Positions 1-9,807 of a stretch of DNA of 35,672 nt are shown here, piece by piece (position 1 is the stretch's first letter; each line of letters opens with the position of its first letter). Origin of the DNA: a virus. Taxonomy: Duplodnaviria > Caudoviricetes. The position numbers and the translations under genes are program-made. The notes under the pieces are model-generated. The model was not told where the DNA came from and ran no database searches. It saw only the letters and a program-made list of their open reading frames with translations. The stretch spans positions 1 to 35,672 of IMG/VR virus record IMGVR_UViG_3300038530_000810; one strand, 5' to 3'.

Positions 1-318
1 ATGTTTAGTTTACCAAATGGAGCTAGAATCCTTGGTGGTAGACTTGCACATGATGCACTAGGTTCATCAACTACATTGTCAGTTGGTCATAACGCATACA
101 TTGATTCATCAGGATCAACAGTTGCGCTTGACGTTGACGAGTTTAAAGCGGCTGCTTCTTCAGCATCTGCTTCATCTGTTGCTGTTGCACAAACAATAGC
201 TTTAGGTGAAAACTCAGTTGTGAACGCTGATAAAGATGGTATTCCGGTTTCTGTAACTATTGCAGGAGCTAATGGTACTGGAACTATTCAGTTGCAAATG
301 ACATACGTTGTAGACTAA
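1..318 (+). CDS. 3' part of capsid-adjacent virion protein (allele A of 34550..34999)
   Basis: Aligns to 34682-34999 with 16 substitutions in 318 nt; the 5' end of the gene lies at 34550 on the circular map. Confidence 0.8.
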   Translation: MFSLPNGARILGGRLAHDALGSSTTLSVGHNAYIDSSGSTVALDVDEFKAAASSASASSVAVAQTIALGENSVVNADKDGIPVSVTIAGANGTGTIQLQMTYVVD

Positions 319-327
319 TAACTAGAT

Positions 328-355
328 AAGATAGGGGAGAAATCCCCTATCTTTT
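328..355 (+). terminator. Intrinsic terminator after the capsid genes (allele A)
   Basis: AAGATAGGGGA-GAAA-TCCCCTATCTT 11-bp stem, GNRA loop, T-run; covaries with the allele at 35010-35039. Confidence 0.8.
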
Positions 356-381
356 AAATAAAATTTATATTATAAGAATTT

Positions 382-963
382 ATGGCATCTATAGTAGACA
401 TTAACAATGCAGCGTTAAATCAGTTGGGAGCATCAACAATACTTTCACTTACAGAAGATTCAAAAAATGCTAGAATTTGTAATGCTAGATATACACAAAT
501 AAGAGATTCAGTTTTCAGATCACATCCTTGGAATTGTTTACAAAAAAGATTAGAACTTTCATCATCAACTACAACACCAGCATGGGGTTATAGTTTTCAA
601 TATGATTTGCCGGGTGATTGCTTAAGATTATTGAGAATTTTAGATTATGACTCAGACCATAAAGTAGAAGGTAGAAGTATTTTGTCAAACAACTCTTCTA
701 TGAAAATACTTTATGTTTCAAGAGTTACTGACCCTAATCAATATGATGAGTTGTTAAGAGAAACATTAGCAGCAGCAATAGCTGCTGATATAGCTTATGC
801 AATTACATCAAACAATACAACTCAACAAAACATGATAAATCTTTACCAGAACAAATTAAGAGATGCTAGATTTGTTGATTCAACAGAAGGTTATAATACA
901 ACTCAAGAAGATGGAATGACCGATGTTATAGATGCAGGTACGTTTATTAACTCAAGGTTTTAA
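382..963 (+). CDS. Tail tubular protein A / adaptor (T7 gp11-like)
   Basis: 193 aa; N-terminal 'VDINNAALNQLG', 'HPWN' and 'YDLPGDCLR' motifs; lies after the capsid genes. Confidence 0.8.
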   Translation: MASIVDINNAALNQLGASTILSLTEDSKNARICNARYTQIRDSVFRSHPWNCLQKRLELSSSTTTPAWGYSFQYDLPGDCLRLLRILDYDSDHKVEGRSILSNNSSMKILYVSRVTDPNQYDELLRETLAAAIAADIAYAITSNNTTQQNMINLYQNKLRDARFVDSTEGYNTTQEDGMTDVIDAGTFINSRF

Positions 964-966
964 TAC

Positions 967-3174
967 ATGGCTAGGGTAGCTGCACAACTTACAAATTTTA
1001 CTGCGGGTGAATTATCACCTAGATTAGATGGTAGAAACGACCTAGCAAAATATCCAGCAGGCTGCAAAACTCTTGAGAATATGGTTGTATTTCCACATGG
1101 TGCAGCAGCTCGTAGACCCGGAACTCAATTTATATCTGAAGTAAAAACAAGTTCTAACAAAACAAGATTAATACCTTTTGAATTTTCAACAGTACAAACT
1201 TATGTTCTTGAATTTGGTAATCAGTATATGAGAGTTTATAAAGATAAAGCTCAAGTTTTATCAGGTGGTTCTGCTTTTGAAATATCAACTCCATATTTAA
1301 CAGCAGAATTATTTGACATTAAATTTGCACAAAGTGCAGATGTAATGTACTTAACACACCCAAGTCATTCAACAAGAAAACTATCAAGAACAGGTCATAC
1401 ATCTTGGACATTAACAGAAGTTGATTTTACCAATGGTCCTTTTTTAGATACAAACATATCAACAACAACTTTAACACCAAGCGGTACAACAGGTTCAGTT
1501 ACAATCACAGCATCTGCTAATACTTTTGTTTCTACAGATGTAAATAGATTAGTTCGTATAGGTGATGGTATTGCAAAGATTACAAATTTTAGTTCAGCTA
1601 CATCTGTTACAGCAACAACGTCTACAAATTTTGCAAACACAAACGCATCAACAAATTTTTCATTAGGAGCTTTTTCAACTACTACAGGCTTTCCATCTTG
1701 CGTAACATTTTTTGAACAACGATTAGTATTTGCTGCAACAGTAAATAATCCACAAACAATTTATTTTTCTAAATCTGGTGATTATGAAAATATGGATGCA
1801 AACATTGGTGGTACTATTAAAGATGATGATGCTATTGTTTATACTATTGCATCAAACCAAGTAAACGCTATTAGATTTCTTTCACCAACAAGAACTTTAA
1901 TTATAGGTACTGCGGGAGGGGAGTTTGCAGTATATGGGGGAGGGGATAATGATGCTATAACTCCAACTAATATAATTATTAAGAGACAATCTAATTTTGG
2001 TGCGGCTAATGTAGATGCTGTACCAGTTGGTAACGCCACTTTATTTTTACAAAGAGCTAGAAGAAAAATTAGAGAACTTGCATATAATTTTGATGTAGAT
2101 GGTTATATTGCACCTGATATGACTATACTTGCAGAACATGTAACTGAAGGTGGTGTAACTCAAATGGCTTATCAAGATGAACCGCTTGCAATACTATATG
2201 TTGTAAGAGGTGATGGTGAATTAGTTGCTTTGACTTATCAAAGAGATCAACAAGTTACAGCTTGGCATAGACATATATTCGGTGGTGTGTTTGGAACAGG
2301 TAAAGCTGTATGTGAAAGTGTTGCTGTTATTCCAACAGATGATACAGAATATCAAGTATATGTTATTGTTAAAAGAACAATTAATGGATCAACTAAAAGA
2401 TATATTGAAGTTTTAAATACATTTGATTTTACAGAAACAGACAATACAACATTTAATTTTTTAGATAGTCAATTAAATTATGATGGTGTTTCAACAACAC
2501 TTAATGGTAATATTTCTAACTCAGCAACTACAATAGCATTAACAGATGCAAGTAGTTTTAGTAGTGCAGGTAAGATAAAAATTAATAATGAAATTATTTC
2601 TTATGCGGGTAAATCAACAAATAATTTAACAGGATGTACGAGAGGTGTAAATTCAACAACTGCTGTGGCTCACACATCTGGCGCAACAGTAGATCAAGTT
2701 ATTGAAACAGTAACAGGTCTTTCACATCTTGAAGGACAAACAGTTTCTATATTAGCAGATGGAGCAACGCATCCCACAAAAGTTGTAAGTTCAGGTTCAA
2801 TAAGTTTAGATAGAGCTTCAAAAAAAGTAAAAGTAGGTTTAAGTTATACTTCAATATTACAAACTATGAGAATAAATGCAGGTTCACAAAATGGAACAGC
2901 TCAAGGTAAAACAAAAAGAATATATGAAGTAACTGCAAGATTGTTTGAATCAGTAGGAATTGAAGTAGGACCTGATCTTAATAACATGGAAAGAGTGCCA
3001 TTTAGAACATCCTCTGACCCAATGGATCAAGGAATACCACCATTTACAGGTGATAAAGAAGTAGAATTTAGAGGTAATTTTGAAACTGATGGTTTTATAT
3101 TCGTAAGACAAACTCAGCCTTTACCTTTGACAGTTTTATCGTTATACCCAAGGTTAATAACAAATGATGGATAA
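967..3174 (+). CDS. Tail tubular protein B / nozzle (T7 gp12-like)
   Basis: 735 aa; 'NFTAGELSPRL', 'RRPGT', 'FFEQRL', 'AWHRH', 'QPLPLTV' motifs; follows tube A. Confidence 0.85.
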   Translation: MARVAAQLTNFTAGELSPRLDGRNDLAKYPAGCKTLENMVVFPHGAAARRPGTQFISEVKTSSNKTRLIPFEFSTVQTYVLEFGNQYMRVYKDKAQVLSGGSAFEISTPYLTAELFDIKFAQSADVMYLTHPSHSTRKLSRTGHTSWTLTEVDFTNGPFLDTNISTTTLTPSGTTGSVTITASANTFVSTDVNRLVRIGDGIAKITNFSSATSVTATTSTNFANTNASTNFSLGAFSTTTGFPSCVTFFEQRLVFAATVNNPQTIYFSKSGDYENMDANIGGTIKDDDAIVYTIASNQVNAIRFLSPTRTLIIGTAGGEFAVYGGGDNDAITPTNIIIKRQSNFGAANVDAVPVGNATLFLQRARRKIRELAYNFDVDGYIAPDMTILAEHVTEGGVTQMAYQDEPLAILYVVRGDGELVALTYQRDQQVTAWHRHIFGGVFGTGKAVCESVAVIPTDDTEYQVYVIVKRTINGSTKRYIEVLNTFDFTETDNTTFNFLDSQLNYDGVSTTLNGNISNSATTIALTDASSFSSAGKIKINNEIISYAGKSTNNLTGCTRGVNSTTAVAHTSGATVDQVIETVTGLSHLEGQTVSILADGATHPTKVVSSGSISLDRASKKVKVGLSYTSILQTMRINAGSQNGTAQGKTKRIYEVTARLFESVGIEVGPDLNNMERVPFRTSSDPMDQGIPPFTGDKEVEFRGNFETDGFIFVRQTQPLPLTVLSLYPRLITNDG

Positions 3175-3619
3175 TATACTAAATATAGTACCATACACTA
3201 AAGAACATGGAGATTTTATTTTGTCTTGTCAAATGAATCATAATATTTTGGAAAGAGATAGGAAGTTTATAGAGGATGGAAAAAACTTATTAGAACCAAA
3301 TTTATCTTTTACAGGACTAATTGGTAAGAAACCAATCTTTGCTGCTGGTATGAAAATGATTTGGGGAAAAGTAGCAGAAGGTTGGGTTATAGCAACTTCA
3401 GATGTTTGGGATCATCCATTATCAGTTGCTAAAGCTATTAAAAAAGATTTTGCAAGAATTGCAAAACAAAATGATATTACTAGAGTTCAAACAGCAATCA
3501 GAGCAGACTTTATAAAAGGTAAAAGATTTGCTGAATGGCTTGGTTTAGAAAATGAGGGACTTATGAAAAAATATGGTTATGATGGTTCAGATCAATTTAG
3601 ATATGCGAGGGTTTTCTAA
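3164..3619 (+). CDS. GNAT-like protein at the T7 gp13 position
   Basis: 151 aa; 'RFAEWLGLENEGLMKKYG' acetyltransferase-like C-terminus; synteny. Confidence 0.6.
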   Translation: MMDNILNIVPYTKEHGDFILSCQMNHNILERDRKFIEDGKNLLEPNLSFTGLIGKKPIFAAGMKMIWGKVAEGWVIATSDVWDHPLSVAKAIKKDFARIAKQNDITRVQTAIRADFIKGKRFAEWLGLENEGLMKKYGYDGSDQFRYARVF

Positions 3620-4107
3620 TGGCTCCAGCGTTACCTTATATTGCAGCAGGCACTTCTGTATTAGCAGCAACTCAAGCATCTGCTATAGGAAAATTTAATC
3701 AAGCTGTTCAAAATAGAAATGCTCAAGTTGCAGAACAAGAAGCAGATCAAGCAAGAAAACTTGGTTATTATAATATTCAAAAATTTAATCAACAGTTTGA
3801 AAAATTACAATCAAAAACAAAAGTAGGTCTTTTAAAATCTGGAGTTACACTTGAAGGAACTGCTCTAAAAATTTTGCAATCAAATGCAGAGCAAGCTGAA
3901 CTAAATAGAGATATGATAGAATATAATTCTAATGTTGCAGCATTAAGAAAAGATGAAGAGGCAAACTTTGCAAGAATAACTGGTAATCTTAGAAGAATGG
4001 AAGGTAGACTTGCAGCATTAGGTTATTTAAGTCAAGCTGGTACAAGTTTATTAAGTTTGAATCAAGCAGGATTTGATGGTGGTATTAGTGTAGGAGACAT
4101 GCCATAA
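3619..4107 (+). CDS. Small internal virion (ejection) protein, T7 gp14-like
   Basis: 162 aa, Ala/Gln-rich and helical; 'KSGVTLEGT' motif; synteny. Confidence 0.6.
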   Translation: MAPALPYIAAGTSVLAATQASAIGKFNQAVQNRNAQVAEQEADQARKLGYYNIQKFNQQFEKLQSKTKVGLLKSGVTLEGTALKILQSNAEQAELNRDMIEYNSNVAALRKDEEANFARITGNLRRMEGRLAALGYLSQAGTSLLSLNQAGFDGGISVGDMP

Positions 4108-6140
4108 TGGTAAAGATACCCACATATACTGCTGACACAGCTCCAACTGAACAAGTTTCAAGTGTTAAATCCAACATATCAGTTTCACCAAGTAGTTCAC
4201 TTGCAGCAACATTATTACCAGCAGCTAAAGATGTTGAAAAATATTTTATACAAGAAAAAATTATTTCTAATAAAGTTGAAGGTGGAAAATTATTAGCAGA
4301 CGCAAATCAAGAATTATATGAAGCACAACAAAAAGCTAATTTAAAAAGCACACCCCAAGAGGGAATGAATTTTTTTAACAATAGATATAATGAAGTAATA
4401 TCTAAATATAAATCAAAAGGCAGCAATAATTATATTCAAAGATATTTTGAGTTAAATATGAACGCCAATAGACCATCTTATACAAATAACATTTTAAAAA
4501 CTACTAGAGCAAATATGGTCAAAACAAGAGTAGCTCAAGTTGATTTAAAAGTTCAAAATAAAATAATAGCTGGAACCATAGACAGAAACAATTTTGATTT
4601 TGAAACTTTATCACAAAGTGTATTACGAGATTATAGAGAATTAGTTGATGAAAAAATTATCGGTGAATCAGATTTTCAAATTGTAAAACAAGGTTTACCT
4701 CAAGAAATAGAAATAGGATTAATTAGAAATATTGCAAAAACTAATGCTGCTGAAGCGATAGTTATTCTATCAGACAGAAATCAATTAACAAATATAGCAG
4801 ATAGTGAAAAAAGAAAGCTAGTAACAGAATTTGGTGCATTACTTAAAATTCAAGAAGATGTAATTAAAAATGCTAATTCGTCATTTCAATTAGATGCTAT
4901 GAAAAGAATAGTGCAAAAATTCCAAACTACTGATACTATAGGAATACAACCTGAAGAATTAGAAAATTTTAAAAATGGCGACATTGAATTTGATAATCAA
5001 GTTGATGAACTTAATAACAAAATCATCAATAAAAAGTTTAGTACTGATACAAATTATGATACTAACACCGATATAATTTCAAAAATTTATGATGGAACTA
5101 TAACAAACTTAACAGATAAATTTTTACTTGCGAATGAGACAGAACCAAAAAGTATCATTCAAAGATCAGGTGAAGGTTCTATTAACTTAAATGATGTTAA
5201 GTATCTAAGCACAGTTTTTACGAGAAGTAATAATGAACAGTTTAAACAAGAGGATCAAGTTTTTTTTAAATTTGTAAATGACTTACAACCTTTATTGCAA
5301 GGTAATAGTTTTATTAATTTTTTTGATAAACAATACAATTCTAAAGCAAGTACACTAAGACAAACTCTTTACAAAAGATATGTAGATGGATTGTTTAAAG
5401 GTGAAACACCTGAAAATCTAACAACTCCAAGTAATGAAAATTATATCGCAAAAGATATTACAAGTTATTTACCAAAAACAGCAGACTTAGATAAAATAGT
5501 TATTGATATGGCTGGAGGTGAAATCTTACCAAATGGTTTTCCTGTTAGAGAAAATGGGGAAGATGCAAATACTTATCTTACAAGACTTGAAACTTTTAAT
5601 GAGGATGAAGCTGATTTTAATTTAATAACAGAAGAAAATCCGGGAATTGTAAAACTATGGAGTAGATATTATCAAACAGATGAAAGTTTTATGAAAGAAG
5701 CTAATGCTATAAAAAATTTATCTCTTAAAAAAAATATTCCTGAAATAGCAAAAAAAGCAATAGATACCGCAGCTACAATTTTTGAAGGTGATGAAGGATT
5801 TACTAAAGAAACTTTAAAAAGTTATTTAACTGATATTGGACAAATTGAAACTAAATATGAAACCAAAATTCAAAGAGGTATAACTGTAGAAAGAACTAAA
5901 TTTGGTGCAAGATCATATTGGCAAATAGAAGTTACAACTGCAAAAGACTTATTGGAAAATTCTGAACCTTTGTTTGGTGAAAAATTTGAAAAACAATTTG
6001 GTAATTACAGAGGTAATTTTAAAACTGCAAGAGAAGGATTATTAAATTTATCTGATAAAGAATTAACATTAATAATAGAAAAAGATGATGCTTTAGGCGC
6101 ATCATTTGCTGCTGCGATTATCGTATCAAGATTTGAGTAA
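4107..6140 (+). CDS. Internal virion protein with putative C-terminal lytic-transglycosylase-like domain
   Basis: 677 aa; starts 'MVKIPTY'; 'QIET...GARSYWQIEVTTA' near the C-terminus; synteny. Confidence 0.55.
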   Translation: MVKIPTYTADTAPTEQVSSVKSNISVSPSSSLAATLLPAAKDVEKYFIQEKIISNKVEGGKLLADANQELYEAQQKANLKSTPQEGMNFFNNRYNEVISKYKSKGSNNYIQRYFELNMNANRPSYTNNILKTTRANMVKTRVAQVDLKVQNKIIAGTIDRNNFDFETLSQSVLRDYRELVDEKIIGESDFQIVKQGLPQEIEIGLIRNIAKTNAAEAIVILSDRNQLTNIADSEKRKLVTEFGALLKIQEDVIKNANSSFQLDAMKRIVQKFQTTDTIGIQPEELENFKNGDIEFDNQVDELNNKIINKKFSTDTNYDTNTDIISKIYDGTITNLTDKFLLANETEPKSIIQRSGEGSINLNDVKYLSTVFTRSNNEQFKQEDQVFFKFVNDLQPLLQGNSFINFFDKQYNSKASTLRQTLYKRYVDGLFKGETPENLTTPSNENYIAKDITSYLPKTADLDKIVIDMAGGEILPNGFPVRENGEDANTYLTRLETFNEDEADFNLITEENPGIVKLWSRYYQTDESFMKEANAIKNLSLKKNIPEIAKKAIDTAATIFEGDEGFTKETLKSYLTDIGQIETKYETKIQRGITVERTKFGARSYWQIEVTTAKDLLENSEPLFGEKFEKQFGNYRGNFKTAREGLLNLSDKELTLIIEKDDALGASFAAAIIVSRFE

Positions 6141-6141
6141 T

Positions 6142-9100
6142 ATGAAACTAGGGGATCAAAAAACTGCATTACAAGAAGCTGGTTTTTCTTTTAAAGAAAT
6201 AAATGATTGGCAAAAAGATAAAATTACTAAGTTAAGTAAAGGTGGCTATAATAATTTAGAAATAGCTCAAGAGTTTAAATCTGTACCAGATGACAAACCT
6301 TTTATAGAATATTGGCAAGGCGTTACTCAAGAAATAAAAGATGAACTATATGATAAAGATGAAATTGTTTCACCCGATGATGAAATGCTTTACAATGATC
6401 TACAAAGAGAAGGAAATCCAAAATCTATAAAAGAAATACTTGTTGGTCAAAAATTAAATAGTCAAGATATTTGGGACAGAGGTGCAGGTAAAACATTATG
6501 GAGTTTAGGTGAAAGACTTGTAAATGAAAAAGGTTTACCTGAGTTTATATCAAATCCTGAAGAGCCTGAAGATTATACATGGTTTGAAGGATTACTAGAA
6601 CACGCATTAACTATTGGTGGTGATCTACCTTTTTATGGTTTAAGTTATCTTCCGGGTTTTTTAACAACAGGAAATCCTATTGCTGGAGCCTTTACTTCTG
6701 GCGCAATACCATCCGCAGCTAGAGCTACAATCGTTGAAGGTTTAGAGCAACAATCTTATGGACAGCCTGTTGACACTCTTAAAAATTTTTTGAGGGTAGG
6801 AGTACAAGAGGGAATAAAAGGTGGTACACAATTTGCAGTTACTGCTTATGCACCACAACTAAGATTAGTACCGGGTGGTCCACAACTCGGAGAAAAATAT
6901 TTAACTAGATTTCTTTCACAACTTACAGCCTTTGAAGGTTCTGGCGCAATATTAAATCAACAGTTACCGAGTGCAAAACAATTTAGTTACTCTGCTGTTT
7001 TGTTTGGTGGTCTTGGAATAATACAACCAAGAAAAACAATGGAGGCTAGAACAAAAAAAATATATACAGATACAGGAAAAAAACCAAATCAACTTTTTTT
7101 AGATGCTATAAAAGATAGAACTATATTAGAAGATGTATCATCAAGAAGTTACATTAGAGCTTTTAAAAATTTACTTACAAGAAAAACTGTAGAAAAAGAT
7201 GCAAAGGAGCAAACTAATTTTAAATTTAAAGATGAATTAGATATTGCTGCTGCAAAAAATATTGCAACTAAAAATAAAATTCCAATCCTTTCAAAAGAAA
7301 TGTTACTAGAAATGGGTAAAACTGCAAAGGAAGTAAAAAGACAAACTATTATACATGGTATTGATAGTAAATATCCTATTCTTGAAACTATGAGAAATTT
7401 AAAAGTAAATACAAAAACAGGAATAGAAAAGTTAAATTTATATGAGCAAGTAAGAATATTGGAAGGAATACCAAATAGAGCAGGATATTTCATAGAAAAC
7501 AAAACAATCAATAATAAAACATTAGGTGATAAAGGTATGGGTCTAAAAGAAATAATGGAGCCAATAACTAAAAAAGGAAAATTAGAATTAGAATTATTTG
7601 AAACATATTTATTAAATAGAAGAGCAATAGAATTAAATAAAAGAGGTATTGAAAGTAATTTTGATAATGCTGTAGCAAAAGAGTTTGTTAATAAATACAA
7701 ATTAAGATTTGAAGAAACAGCAAAAAAACTAGACACTTATCAAAGACATCTTTTAGAATATGCTGTTGATGGAGGCTTTCTTCCAAAATCTGCATTTGAT
7801 GCAATGACAACAGCTAATAAAAATTATGTTACATTTGCTAGAGAACTTATAGGTTTAGATGGAAAACCAGTAGCAGAAAAAGGAAGTGTTAATCCTTTTA
7901 AATTTATAAAGGGTGCAAAACTCAAAGTGTTTCCACCATTAGAACAAATAGTAAAAAATACAAATACAATAGTTAGTCTTACAGAAAAAAATGCAGTTAA
8001 AGTTAAATTTATTGACATGATTGAAAAGGCTAAAACTAAAGATAAAAGTTTATATCCTTTTATACAAAAAGTTAATCCTCAAAAAACAAATGCACCAAAA
8101 GCAGATTTAATGACAATCAGAAGAGATGGTAAAACTGAAACATGGAATGTGGGAAGAGAAGTAAAAGAAGCATTTAGAACAATGGATGAACTAGGTGTAA
8201 ATCAACTTGTTCATTTCTTAGGAACACCTGCTAGAACTTTAAGAGCTGGTGCAATACTTACACCTGACTTTGCTGTGCCAAACTTTTTTAGAGATACAAT
8301 GCAAGCAACATTTTTAAATAAAGTTCCTTTTGTTCCTTTTGCAGATTCTATGATTGGTTTGTTTGGTATATTAACAAAAGGTAATAATAAAAAAGCATTA
8401 GAACTTTATAATAGATATATCAAATCAGGTGGTATGCAATCTACTTTGCTATCAATGGATAGACCTAATTTATTTGATGGTAAAGTTTTTGATATATTAT
8501 CAAAAGGACCAGTAAGAAATGCAGATAAAGGTATACTTGCTCCTCTTAGAGCTTTGACAAGATTATCTGAGGAGATGACAAGGTTTAGAATATTTACAAA
8601 AACTTATAAAAAAGCAAAAAAAGAAGGTTTATCTGAAAGAGAAGCTATTGAAAGAGGAGGTTTTGAAGCAAGAAACCTTTTGGATTATGCAAAAAGAGGT
8701 ACTACAGGTAGAGTTATAAACCAATTAGTCCCATTTTGGACAGCTAGAGTCGGAGGTTTGTCAAGATTGTATGAAGCCTTTAGAGATGCGCCTGCAAGAA
8801 CAACAAGTATGATTGGTGTAACCATAGTTTTACCTACATTGGGTTTTTACATGTTAAATTACAACAATAAAAATTACCAAGAACAATCAAATTGGTTAAA
8901 AATGAATTATTGGTATTTTGAAATAGATGGAAAGCCTCGAAGATTTCCAGTTCCTTTTGAAGTAGGAACTTTTTTTAAAGGTTTAGTTGAAAAAACTTTA
9001 GATTGGTATTTTAAAAATGAAAGAAAAGAAGCGTTAAGGTTTGCAAAAGATTTTATCAAACAATCTTCTAAATCATTTTATCCTTTACCACCTGCTGTTA

Positions 9101-9795
9101 CTCCTTTTATAGAAAATGCAATGAATTATAGTATTTTTAGAGAAGCACCTATTGTTCCAAAGTCATTAGATAAAAATTTACCAAATCATTTTTATTATAC
9201 TGAATACACATCAGAGACTTTTAAATATTATGCAAAGGTTTGGAACTCCATGGTTGGTGATGATAGTTTACTTGCAACCAATCCAATACATGCAGAGCAT
9301 GTTTTTAGATCATGGACAGCAGGATTGGGTAGACACTTAATAGATGTGATGGATGCAGCTTTAATTAAAAGTCAACTTATAGAAGACCCTATAAAACCTA
9401 CAGATACTTTAAGCAAAATACCTATTATAAGAGCTTTTGATGTTAGAGATGTCCCGGGTTATTCAGCTTCATCTTTAGTAAAATTTTTTGAGGAATATGA
9501 CAAAGTTTCAAAAATAGTAAATGGTATGGAAAAAGCCAAAAAAGATGGTAATGTGGAAGAGTACTTTAAATTGCAAAAACAATTTGGTGCAGATCATAGT
9601 GTTATACTACAATACAGGGAAAGTATTAAAGAGCTAGATACAACTATAAGACAGATTTATAACACTAAAAAATTAGCAGATGGTACGACTATAACACCAG
9701 ATGAGAAGCGGGAAATGATTGACCGACACTACATGTTAATGATAAACTTTGCTCAAGAAGCGTTAAAACTTCTTGAAGAAATTAGGAAAGAATAA
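6142..9795 (+). CDS. Large internal virion protein (T7 gp16 position) with LPD38-like C-terminal region
   Basis: About 1217 aa from ATG 6142; 'YWYF...PVPFEVG...PFIENAMNYSIFREAPIVP...EYTSET' resembles LPD38. Confidence 0.6.
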   Translation: MKLGDQKTALQEAGFSFKEINDWQKDKITKLSKGGYNNLEIAQEFKSVPDDKPFIEYWQGVTQEIKDELYDKDEIVSPDDEMLYNDLQREGNPKSIKEILVGQKLNSQDIWDRGAGKTLWSLGERLVNEKGLPEFISNPEEPEDYTWFEGLLEHALTIGGDLPFYGLSYLPGFLTTGNPIAGAFTSGAIPSAARATIVEGLEQQSYGQPVDTLKNFLRVGVQEGIKGGTQFAVTAYAPQLRLVPGGPQLGEKYLTRFLSQLTAFEGSGAILNQQLPSAKQFSYSAVLFGGLGIIQPRKTMEARTKKIYTDTGKKPNQLFLDAIKDRTILEDVSSRSYIRAFKNLLTRKTVEKDAKEQTNFKFKDELDIAAAKNIATKNKIPILSKEMLLEMGKTAKEVKRQTIIHGIDSKYPILETMRNLKVNTKTGIEKLNLYEQVRILEGIPNRAGYFIENKTINNKTLGDKGMGLKEIMEPITKKGKLELELFETYLLNRRAIELNKRGIESNFDNAVAKEFVNKYKLRFEETAKKLDTYQRHLLEYAVDGGFLPKSAFDAMTTANKNYVTFARELIGLDGKPVAEKGSVNPFKFIKGAKLKVFPPLEQIVKNTNTIVSLTEKNAVKVKFIDMIEKAKTKDKSLYPFIQKVNPQKTNAPKADLMTIRRDGKTETWNVGREVKEAFRTMDELGVNQLVHFLGTPARTLRAGAILTPDFAVPNFFRDTMQATFLNKVPFVPFADSMIGLFGILTKGNNKKALELYNRYIKSGGMQSTLLSMDRPNLFDGKVFDILSKGPVRNADKGILAPLRALTRLSEEMTRFRIFTKTYKKAKKEGLSEREAIERGGFEARNLLDYAKRGTTGRVINQLVPFWTARVGGLSRLYEAFRDAPARTTSMIGVTIVLPTLGFYMLNYNNKNYQEQSNWLKMNYWYFEIDGKPRRFPVPFEVGTFFKGLVEKTLDWYFKNERKEALRFAKDFIKQSSKSFYPLPPAVTPFIENAMNYSIFREAPIVPKSLDKNLPNHFYYTEYTSETFKYYAKVWNSMVGDDSLLATNPIHAEHVFRSWTAGLGRHLIDVMDAALIKSQLIEDPIKPTDTLSKIPIIRAFDVRDVPGYSASSLVKFFEEYDKVSKIVNGMEKAKKDGNVEEYFKLQKQFGADHSVILQYRESIKELDTTIRQIYNTKKLADGTTITPDEKREMIDRHYMLMINFAQEALKLLEEIRKE

Positions 9796-9807
9796 TATAG
9801 GGATTGT

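Noticed and set aside
7149-7736. Long antisense ORFs (also 1395, 1839, 25318, 29006, 32484, 33972)
   Set aside because: They lie opposite well-supported genes, with no recognisable motifs
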